Below, piece by piece: positions 53,950 through 64,000 of a DNA stretch of 64,000 nucleotides (its first letter is position 1; every line of letters begins with the position of its first letter). The position numbers were made by a program, and so were the translations under genes. Below the pieces are notes generated by a model. The model saw nothing but the letters and a program-made list of their open reading frames with translations, did no database searches and was not told where the DNA came from. Origin of the DNA: Sphaerodactylus townsendi (taxonomy: Eukaryota); NCBI RefSeq assembly GCF_021028975.2, contig NC_059430.1, positions 95,480,001 to 95,544,000 on the forward strand, read 5' to 3'.

Positions 53950-54500
53950 ATTCCTTTCTCCTCTGAACAACAACCGCCTGCCCCCTCCCCCCGCCAAGCG
54001 CTAAAGAGAGCCTACCTCTTGCTTTTAAAAAGAAAACGCAACATGGCGGCGCACTATCGGCTCCCATCCCACCTCCCTCAGAACTTTCTCCCACCCCAAG
54101 TTCTTACAGACAGACCTTGATCCGTCCGCCTCCCCACACGTCTAGTCACAGCCTCAACCGCTCCTCGCCTTCCTCAGAGACAGCGGCGAACACAAAATGG
54201 CGGACGCCTTCCTGAGCTGAAGAGCAGAAGGAGGGGGAGTCTCTTCTTTTCTCGAGCAATCTGACCAATAACAGTGCGGCGCATACAAAAAGTTAGCCAA
54301 TAGTAACAGCGTCCGCCTGTTGCTAGGGTTGTGAGGGCGGGTTCTGTAGGAGGAGAAAAGGAAATAGGGAAGCTGCTGTCGGTTGTTGTTTCATTTTGAA
54401 CGCTCTGTACGGGGGAATGTCGGGAAAATGTGGGGGGAAGGTTCCGGATGGTGTAATGCGAAACCAATGGAATAAAGCGGGGCAGGAAAGCGGAGAGAGA
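53950..54500 (-). promoter_or_regulatory. PNRC2 CpG-island promoter and noncoding exon 1
   Basis: CpG-rich; YY1-like AAAATGGCGG near 54195 and ACATGGCGGC near 54041; CCAAT at 54265 and 54297; candidate minus-strand donors after 54016 (AAGAG|gtaggc) or near 54116 (CAAG|gtctgt). Confidence 0.7.
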
Positions 54501-55254
54501 GCCCCCCCTTTCCCTTTTGGTCAAATTTGAAAAGTTGGCCTCTAAAGTTGCGAAATGTGTGAAGATAAGAGCATCCTAAGCCAGTAGTCCACTTAGTATA
54601 GCATTATGGTTCACACAATGGCCAGCCATTTGCCCTGCATAGTAGGGAAACAAGGCACAGAGACCACACCCTCTACTCTTTATGTTGACTGCTGGAGTTT
54701 GACTACCTTTGGACATGGACTTTAGTCACCATGCCTAGTAGCCATGGATGGTCCTCTCCTCCATGAATTTGTCTTAACTATAGTCATCTATGCGTGACCA
54801 CCATATCTACAGTGAAGTCCACAATTTAATTACAGAGTAATGGTTTGTCCTGAACCAGTTCCCCATCAATTTCATTGGGTGCCCCCAAATTCCAGTATTT
54901 AGGGGAAGAATTTTTTTCTATATCCAGTATCTCCACAATTCATAAAACCCTTATCATACCCCCGAGAGCCAGCATGTTGTAGTGGTTAATGTGTCAGACT
55001 TAAGGTTCAAATACTAACTGGTTCCATGCTCCTATTATTATTGTTGTTGTTGTTGTTGTTGCCATACAGCTGACTTATGGATTTTCAAGGCAAAAGATGT
55101 TTGGAAGCAGTTTGCCATTGCTTGCCTCCACATTATGGCCCTGGTATTCTTCAGGTATCATCCATCCAAATACTTGCAGAGTAAGGGTGTGTGACTGGCC
55201 CTGGTTCCCCAGCAAGCTTCCATGGAACCAGATGACAGAAAAGTGAACGCACCT

Positions 55255-56040
55255 CCTGAGGTATCAAATTTTGTACCATATCAAATTTTGTACCATTCAG
55301 AATATTCAGGCTATATAAAGAAAATAACTCCAAAAGTTCAAAACCTACTTTGCTTGTAATTTGGTCTTGAGCACACTGATCCAAGAAAAGAGCATGATCA
55401 GCTACTTGCGCATCAATACCCGAAGTCACTTTAAATTGCCCTGGCCCAATCCTAGCATTGAAATCTTCATATATAAGTGTCTTCTCTATTGGCTATAAGG
55501 AGGTCACACTTTCCAGGGTCTAGGACAGTTGTTCCCATATTTTCCCATTTTTTCTATACCTGGAGTTTACAGGCGGGATATAAATGTTAAAACACAATCA
55601 ATTTCCGAAATACTGACCCGTCATTTGAATGACCTGTATATAATTGTCACTAAAGCTCCCCAAGGTACATATTTCAATCTTTAAATCAACCAATATTAAA
55701 ACAGCAAGACCCGCACTTCCCTGTCCCTTTGGCATAGATTTAATTGCTGGGATGGTGAGGGATTTGTATCCCTGAAGTTCTGAACTGGCTAACTCATGAA
55801 CCCAGGTTTCCTGCATAAATATCAAATCAAATTCTTTCAGAAATAATAATTCAGGGTCAAATTGTCCAATTCTTTCTTGGAATCAAGGAAAACGCAGCCG
55901 TTCCAGATCTGTGATATATAATCGTTATTATTTAGATTTTGTAGATGTAAATCCTCCAATCCATGGACTGTATTAGAATGAACAGTAGCTGAACTCCCCA
56001 GAGAGTGTTTTGGTAGAATCCCGCCTTTCAAATCTGCAGA
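55255..56040 (-). mobile_element. Non-LTR retrotransposon APE-endonuclease fragment (clade uncertain)
   Basis: LIFMQETW, GLAVLI, NIYIPP and DFNARIG endonuclease motifs on the minus strand. Confidence 0.7.
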
Positions 56041-56042
56041 AG

Positions 56043-56480
56043 TGAAGTCAGCCCGCGAGGGTCGCAAGGAAGAGGCGAGACACAGAGATATCATCCGGTG
56101 GAGAGAAGCCAGTGGCAGGAAGCGTGATCCGTGGATCTGGCTAATCTGCTGTAGTCTGGTCCCTGGCACCTTTTATTAGGGTTTTCCAAGAGACGGGTCA
56201 GTAGGCGGGAGAGCGGGAGAATATTGTACAGTACATGACTCATGGGGCTGCGTACGTGAGAGAGGAAACGTTCCTGTCCAGGCCTAATCCATACCTGGGG
56301 GTATGCACCCCTTTGTCCCTTTGTCCGGGACATCTTGTGACAGTGAGTCAGGCATTTCATGACCTATGACTCATGGGGGTCTTGTGACCGGTGAGCGTGT
56401 GCGCCCAGAAGGGCACAGATGGCACAGGCATTCCTGCGCTCTCTCTGAGGTCTTCTGGGTTCGCGGGGCTCACCCCTACA
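56043..56480 (-). mobile_element. ERV-like solo LTR (438 bp), same family as 19511-19888
   Basis: Reverse-complement similarity over its length; TG...CA; TSD CAGAAG/CAGAAA. Confidence 0.85.
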
Positions 56481-57683
56481 CAGAAATATGTAACTTCCAC
56501 ATTGTACTCACTATTGAAAAGGCGACTTTACTTATAGAGTTGATTTTGGCTGCTTGAGAGCATAAATGCTAAACATTTATGAGCATTAAATACTTTAGAC
56601 ATAAAAGGTGAGAATTCTGCAGCTCAGAACTTTTCAAACACTTTATATTTTATTTATTTTATTTATAATCAATTTTATATACCGCCCCTCCCCCGAAGGG
56701 CTCTGGGCGGTGAACAACATAATCATAACAGTAATAGCATTAAAATCCTAGTTAAAACAGTGAATTAAATAAAATTACAGCGGCATCCGACAAAATTTCA
56801 TAAAACGTAATACACCCACCCTGGAAGCAGACCCAAAAAGCTGAGGGCCCCCATAAAAATTAAGGGCCCAGAGCAAAAAAAAGGAAGGGAGGCGGGGGGG
56901 GAGGGCGCAAAACTTTGCCAAAACTTTTCCTAGCAGAATCTAAATAAAAGCAATAGCTTCTAGCACGTTTGGAATAGAAGAAGAAGAAGAAGAATTTGGA
57001 TTTATATCCCCCCTTTCTCTCCTGCAGGAGATGAAGGAAATTAGGGAGTGAGGGTCATAGTCACCTGATCTTGGAGTAGAATGGTCTGCTGGATAGAGCT
57101 GAGCTCTGGTACAAGAAGAACAACACGTTGTGGGACAATATCAACAGAGAGGTGTCCAGAGATATTCAACAAGTAGAAAACAGGAAACCATGGATTGAAT
57201 AAATATATAATACAGATGGTGCTGAGGATAGAACAGAATCTTCAGCAACATGTAACGGTAAGGGATTGGAAGTGGGGCATGGATCCTTCATATGAGAACA
57301 CAGGAACATAAGAAAAGTCATGTTGGATCAGATCAAAGCCCATCAAGTCCAGGAGTCTGTTGACTCAGTGGTCAACCAGGTGCCTTTAGGAAGCCCACAA
57401 ACAAGACATCTGCAACAACATTATCCAGTCTGTGTTCCACAGTGTCTATGTAACAGGAATGCTCCTCTGATACTGGAGAGAATGGGTGTACATCATGACA
57501 AGTTTCCATTTTTAGTAGCCATGGATAGCCCTATCCTCCATGAACATGCCCACTCACCTCCAGCCCTCATCACATCCTGAGGCAGGCAGGGAGTTCCACA
57601 ATTTAATTAGGCATATTGTGAAGAAATGGAATGTTGCAAGTGTATCCCTATTTTATGTTCAAGATGTTAGAGGGTATATTGAT

Positions 57684-57972
57684 GAGAGCCAGCATGGTGT
57701 AGTGGTTAAGAGCAGGTGGAACTGGGTTTGATTCCCCACTCCTCCACCTGAGTGACAGAGGATTATCTGGTGAACCAGATGTGTTTCCACACTCCTACAT
57801 TCCTGCTGGGTGACCTTCAGAACTCTCTTCAGAACTCTCTCACCTCCACCTACCTCATAAGGTGTCTGTTGTGGGTAGAGGAAGGGAAAGGAGTTTGTAA
57901 GCCATCTTGAGTCTCCTTACAGGAGAGAAAGGTGGGATATAAATCCAAACTCCTCCTCCTCCTCCTCTTCTT
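57684..57972 (+). mobile_element. Squam3-like SINE
   Basis: GAGAGCCAGCATGGTGTAGTGGTTAAGAGC head; (CCT/CTT)n tail. Confidence 0.8.
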
Positions 57973-60071
57973 CTTGGATCAAATGTACCCAAAATGTGAC
58001 CACCAGCAATAGAATTCTCTTGTGAAATTAGGTTATATGTAGTCTGCACAATTTTATTTGTTTACATTATTTACCTTTCTCACAGGGACTCAGGACAAAT
58101 TACACAGACTGAGTCACTACAATTGAGAAAATGAGACAGTTAATAAACAATCCAGTAAGATTAGAATTATAAAAGTGTGAAACCAACCAAAAGCCTAAAG
58201 CAGAACTGAAGCATAGCATAAGTATTAACATGACGCATAAGGCTGCACAATATTACATCGTGCAATCCTACTTACAGTAACCTAAACATAAAACTCCTAG
58301 ATAATATATTTTTGCATAATTTGCAGGAAGCCAGGAGAGTGAGAGCTTTCCTGACGTCATTGGGCATGCCATTCTATAAGAGGAGACCACAATGGAGAAA
58401 GCATGTCTACAGGCAGTTTTGATTTTCCCCATTTGCAGGCTGGGACCTGCAGAAGACTCTGCTGAGATGCGTGACACTGTTGTGATGTATCTCTGTATTC
58501 TAAAAGTTATGATTTCAAAGATGACAGCAGGTGGCACGCAGAGGTGTTCTTCCATATGCAAACGGCGACATTTGCTCCCCTTGTGCTGGTATATTGTGCA
58601 AAGAAAGCTGAACAAACTTGGATGATGTTCTTCTTGCATACAAGGTTCTGCAGCCATTTGCAACAAATGTTGTACAAGCAGAAGCCTGAGAACTCATTTA
58701 CAATCTACCCGTTAAGCAGTGGCTCTCAGCCAGTGATATGTATACCACTGGAGGGATGCAGAATCAGTCTAGGTACATCACAAGGTTTCCATAACAATTA
58801 CTAGGAATTCGGTTCTTCTCAACTTCCTTGTCTACCTATTGCCCCTACAGCCCATGGATAATCCATCTTTGATCTTTTGGACACTAAGTATTTCTCCTAA
58901 TCTCCTGATTCCCACACACCCCACCACAGTGACGTAGGTATAGATTTTTTACGGGGTGGGTTCGGTGACTGAGGGCTTTCCAGCTATTCCATTCCATGCA
59001 TTGTTTCAAGCAAGCTGGACATGTAATGGGAGGGATTTGAAACCCCCCCCCCCTTACTACGTCCCTGCCCCCCTACCCCCATTAGCAAGGGTCGCTTCCC
59101 ACTTGCTTGCCAGGGATTATCCACTGGGCTTCTGTACATTTTTATGTCCTTAAAACTTACTGTGAATGATGATATAACAGAAGGCCTGTAAACATTTAAA
59201 TTTTTCTGGGGGTGGGGGGAAGAGGGCTGTTTCTATCACAGTGGGATCCAATTCTTTGAGGGAGTGATTGGTAGAATGTAAGATATCACAATGAGAGCCA
59301 GTATGGTGTAGTGGTTAAGAGTAGGGGACTCTAATGGGGAGAATTGGGTTCGATTTCCTCACTTCTCTACATGCAGCCTGCTGGGTGACCTTCGGCCACT
59401 GACAGTTCTCTCAGAATTCTTTCAGCCCATGCAGACCCAGTCAGTGGCAAACCACCTCTGAATATCTCTTGCCTTGAAAACCATACAGGATCATCATAAA
59501 TCAGCTGCGACTTGATGGTCCTCACATACATTCAAGATATGAGAGGCTGAGAACCACTACATTAAAGCACTTCCTAGCCAATACCCCTCCCACATAAATA
59601 GTTAAGCAAACATTCGTGGAATACCATGATGATTGTTTTCTCTCTTCTCATGGTTAGTTGGTCCAGCTCAGTATGAACATCTATGCAAGGTGTTGGGGTT
59701 ATGATTGAAAAACAGGAACTATTAAGGATCAACTTGGCAGTTTAGCCCATGTGATAATACTTTTTTCTTGGCAGCAAAGGAGGTTTTCTTGGCTGTCAGC
59801 ATATATTGTGGTTTGTGGAGTTCTCACTGACCACAGGGCATATTTTCTGTTGTTGATAGCAAAGGAACTGTGTGTGCTCAGCAGAAAATAACAGAAGTCC
59901 AACTAAAGGCAGCCCATAATTTCTAGAAGTTGTCAACCTAGTTTCTAATAACCTTCCTTCAAATATGTTGGCCAACTATTTTCTTGCTTCAAATCAATAA
60001 GTGAATGTTCTTTCAACTTTAGTCCTATTTCAACATTAAGTATACCACTATTCATAGTTCCCCTCAACTCT

Positions 60072-60073
60072 TT

Positions 60074-60117
<44 letters not shown>

Positions 60118-60119
60118 TC
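60072..60119. repeat. (TTTC)n microsatellite
   Basis: Direct tandem run. Confidence 0.95.
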
Positions 60120-60699
60120 ACGGAGTAACTCGGATGAAAGGGGACTTCCTAGCCAATACCCCTCCCACTGAAAATCAACGCCTCCAGACTGTTGTCGCAT
60201 CTGGTGGGGAAAATCCTTGGGCACTTATATTTTTAAAGACTTTTGTGTGCACTTATGAAAGGGTAGAAAAGGCATAGTCTCTTCTTGGAAATGGCAGCCC
60301 CAGGGTCTACTGACTGAAAAGATAATATGTCCTTTGTGTAACTAGGTGTATCAACCTGAAGCTTCCAAGCACCAACTCAGAAAGCACCTTCCTGTTCTGT
60401 GCGAAACAAGTCAATGCTTGCATAGCAAACATCAGGAGATCTTTTTCCCTCTGGGTCATGCAGGAAACATGGCTGGTTATTGTACCTCAGTCTGGTGACT
60501 CAGTTTAGCCACTGCCTTGGACTAGTTTCGGGAAGGAACAGAGCTAGAGGCCAGAATATGACTCATAAAATAGTGAGAGAGCAGGAAGTAATTCAGTGAG
60601 AAATAGCCACAGCCAACCCCACTATTAAGGAGGGTGAGATGGACTGCCTCTGGTGGCAAATTTCAGAGTACTGTTCTCTGTGTGTAGAAAACCATCCAG

Positions 60700-60945
60700 T
60701 CACAGCAGACCTATGACGCCATAGGATTTTCAAGCAAAAGACCAGCATAGGTGGTTTGCCACTGTCTTCCTCTGCAAATTTCAGCTGACTTACAGCACCC
60801 TGTAGGGTTCTCAAGGCAAGAGACCAACAAAGGTTGTTTGCCATTGCTTTCCTCTGCATTGGGTAATTTCCCATCCAAATACTGATCCTGCTTAACTTCC
60901 AAGATCTGATGAGATTGGGCTGGCCTGGGACATCCAAGTTAGGGA
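60700..60945 (-). mobile_element. 5S rRNA-derived SINE (5S-Sauria-like)
   Basis: Minus strand GCCCAATCTCATCAGATCTTGGAAGTTAAGCAGG...TTGGATGGG resembles 5S rRNA, fused to a Sauria/BovB-like tail; related copies near 9830-10010, 52520-52715 and 63675-63800. Confidence 0.6.
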
Positions 60946-61111
60946 TCAGAATACTATTAGAGGGCAGCAAATTGTTTCTTATTGAAGATAGGGAAGATAA
61001 ATAAGATTTTCTGCCTCAGACATTCAAAGGTTTGGGGGCTGTTCAGCTTTATGTCATGATATCATGTGTGTCCCTGACAAGTTTCCATCTCTGAGAGAGT
61101 TATTCTGCAAC

Positions 61112-61306
61112 TGGTTGTTGTGGGTTTTCTGGGCTGTGTGGTCGTGGTCTGTGTGTAACAGACTTCCCTCTGTGATACATCTCTGAAGATGCCAGCCACA
61201 GATGCAGGTTAGACGTTAGGAACAAGATCTACCAGACCACGGCGATACAGCCCAGAAAACCCACAACAACCAGTTGAATCCGGCCATGAAAGCCTTTGAC
61301 AATACA
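61112..61306. mobile_element. Penelope-like element remnant
   Basis: 12-bp TSD TTATTCTGCAAC; same family sequence as the 5385 and 32038 copies. Confidence 0.72.
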
Positions 61307-62729
61307 TTATTCTGCAACCTCCTCAACCAATTTAAGCTGGGTTTATACCACAGTCTGTACTGAAATGACAATTGGCTTGTCTGCTGGGGCCATTACTCCT
61401 AAATGGAGATTCTTGAGAGTAGGCACACTAACGTGCTTGATTAAAGTTCTGGAGTTTTCCCCCAATAAGTTCAAGGGTTTTGTAATGTCTAAATGAAGCC
61501 TGAGTTCATCTTCTTCTCCAGAGTCTGTAGAAGTTTAATCTTGGAATGGGAGAGTGACTACATCTTGCCTCTAATGTGCGTGCACATAAACCCACACACA
61601 CAAACACAAACATTAAGGCAGAGGTGGGATCCAGCAGGTTCTCACCAGTTCCCGAGAGTGGGTTACTAATTATTTGTGTATACTGAGAGGGGGTTACTAA
61701 TTGGGTCCACTTTTCCTTCTCCATGCCCTCGCCTCCCCCTCTCTTCTTTCTCGTAGCCCAGAGCTTGCCGGCTAGTAAGAGGAGGGACCCTTTAACTACT
61801 GTTGGGTCCAGGGGACTCTTTACTTGCTTGGTAGGCTATTTATTTTGGCACTCTGTCTGTTCATTTTATGATAAATTGTGATTTACCATGATTCTTGGCC
61901 ACTTAAAAGCTCTGTATTCCTGTATGTGAGAATGTTATGCTAATCTTTGTCTCTAATCCTGGATTAATTAATGTGAAATATTTGCAGAATATACAGTATG
62001 GATTGCGAATTCTAGTTCACAATGGATGATGTTCTGGTTTANNNNNNNNNNNNNNNNNNNNNNNNNNNNNNNNNNNNNNNNNNNNNNNNNNNNNNNNNNN
62101 NNNNNNNNNNNNNNNNNNNNNNNNNNNNNNNNNNNNNNNNNNNNNNNNNNNNNNNNNNNNNNNNNNNNNNNNNNNNNNNNNNNNNNNNNNNNNNNNNNNN
62201 NNNNNNNTCTCTCCTGCAGGAGACTCAAAGGGGCTTACAATCTCCTTGCCCTTCCCCCCTCACAACAAACACCCTGTGAGGTGGGTGGGGCTGAAAGCTG
62301 TGACTAGCCCAAGGTCACCCAGGAATAAAAAGGGAGTGTTAATGACTGATTTTAGGTATTTATGGAGCTTAAGGATTACAAAGCATTTTGTATAAGTGAA
62401 AGATTAAAGGTACTAACTACTAATGCTTACACAATTTTTTAAAAAGTCATGACCTGTGTATCCTGGCAGTAGCCTTGATATGTAGCTCTTGAATATGCCT
62501 ATGCAGTAGGAATGGTCCATCGGATCCATGTTTTAATTAATTTGTGTCTTAATCTAAAGTGCAAATTATTTTGAGTATTGAATGTATTAGCCCTTCAGAA
62601 TATAGTTAACAAAAAGTGGTGATGGTGAATCTTCACTAAACTGTAGTGACCACTCATGATTTCACAGTTGGCATAAAGTCCTGTTGTTTCCTATGTGACT
62701 GGTTAGCGAAGGTAGAAAATGGGATAATT

Positions 62730-63672
62730 GATAAATTAGGTGAGTGGGCTAAGAAATGGCAAATGCAGTTCAATGTAGCAAAATGCAAAGTGATGCACAT
62801 GGGGGCAAAAAATCCAAACTTCACATACACGCTACAAGGGTCAGTGCTATCAGTCACAGACCAGGAAAGGGATTTGGGCATCTTAGTTGATAGTTCCATG
62901 GGAATGTCAACTCAGTGCATGGCAGCTGTGAAAAAGGCAAACTCAATGCTGGGGATAATTAGGAAAGGAGTTGATTATAAAACTGCAAGGATTGTCATAT
63001 ATAAAGCTGTGGTGCGACCGCACTTGGAGTACTGTGTTCAGTTCTGGTCGCCACATCTCAAAAAGGATATGGAAGAAATAGAAAAAGTGCAGAGAAGGAC
63101 AACGAGGATGATTGAAGGATTAGAGCACCTTCCTTATGAGGAGAGGCTGCAGCGTTTGGGGCTCTTTAGTTTGGAGAGGAGACGTCTGAGGGGGGATATG
63201 ATTGAAGTCTAAAATTATGCATGGGGTAGAAAATGTTGACAGAGAGACATTTTTCTCTCTTTCTCACAATACTAGAACCAGGGGGCATGCATTGAAAATG
63301 CTGGGGGGAAGAATTAGGACTAATAAAAGGAAACACTTATTCACGCAACGTGTGATTGGTGTTTGGAATATGCTGCCACAGGAAGTGGTGATGGCCACTA
63401 ACCTGGATATCTTTAAAAAGGGGCTTGGGCAGATTTATGGAGGAGAAGTCAATCTATGGCTACCAATCTTGATCCTCCTTGATCTCAGATTGCAAATGCC
63501 TTAGCAGACCAGGTGCTCGGGAGCAGAAGCAGCAGAAGGCCATTGTTTTCACATCCTGCCTGTGAGCTCCCAAAGGCACCTGGTGGGCCACTGCGAGTAG
63601 CAGAGTGCTGGACTAGATGGACTCTGGTCTGATCCAGCAGGCTCGTTCTTATGTTCTTCTTATGTTCTTATG
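62730..63672 (+). mobile_element. CR1 LINE, 5'-truncated 3' end
   Basis: WQMQFNVAKCKVMH...RPHLEYCVQFWSPHLKKD...RRLRGDMIEV, 3' UTR and (TTCTTATG)n tail. Confidence 0.92.
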
Positions 63673-64000
63673 CCATTGCCTGCCTCCACGTTGCCACTAT
63701 GAACTTCCCTGGTGGTCTTCTATCCAAGGATTAACCAGGGCCAACCCTGCTAAATTCCCAAGATCTAATGAGATCAGGCTAGCCTGGACCATCCAAACCA
63801 GGGAAAGAGTATACACGTGTGCCAAAAAGAAAGAAGCGAGCGAGCATGTGCAGAGTACCTTTTCCTTATAACCCAAACCCAAAAGTTTGGTAACTGAGAA
63901 AAGGCCCATTCAAGCCAATAAATGTGGCCTGGACTTGCCCTAATATCTGCTGTTTAAGGCTATCTTAAGAAGGTCTGTCCAAAATCTTACTTAAATGTAT

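Noticed and set aside
53497-54120. 207-aa ORF antisense to PNRC2 intron 1/exon 1
   Set aside because: Low-complexity CpG-island flank; no homology recognised
58268-58804. Cluster of overlapping ORFs on both strands as a possible CNR2 or other exon
   Set aside because: No GPCR or other recognisable motif in the frames examined; left unassigned
60850-60945. 5S rRNA gene
   Set aside because: Degenerate partial 5S head fused to a SINE tail, with several diverged copies: a SINE, not an rRNA gene

Overview
Vertebrate genomic DNA, almost certainly a squamate and probably a gecko (Squam3-type SINEs, 5S-Sauria-like SINEs, Penelope elements, an intact liver-basic FABP gene), with four assembly gaps. 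Four protein-coding genes were reconstructed by hand from splice signals and reading-frame phase. (1) The last 12 coding exons of MYOM3 (+, 107-13315). (2) A complete 4-exon liver-basic fatty-acid/bile-acid binding protein gene FABP10/LBFABP (+, 25932-30326, 126 aa). (3) Complete SRSF10 (+, 34605-42102, 262 aa), with an AT-AC U12 intron holding a competing U2 donor and a GA-rich poison exon. (4) PNRC2 (-, CDS 50665-50252, 137 aa), whose spliced 5' leader carries a 56-codon uORF not shown in the ORF track. Intergenic and intronic DNA is TE-rich. It includes a Tigger1-like transposon with a nested ATP5MC3 retrocopy, SINE and ERV solo LTR; a DIRS remnant between the convergent SRSF10 and PNRC2 ends; three palindromic Penelope insertions with hammerhead-ribozyme-like cores; and L2, CR1 and Copia fragments, solo LTRs and many MITEs. 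Family names and orthology come from recalled sequences, not database searches. The best candidates for an under-described system are the bicistronic uORF/PNRC2 leader with an alternative acceptor that removes the uORF starts, the SRSF10 minor/major spliceosome switch, and the Penelope hammerheads.
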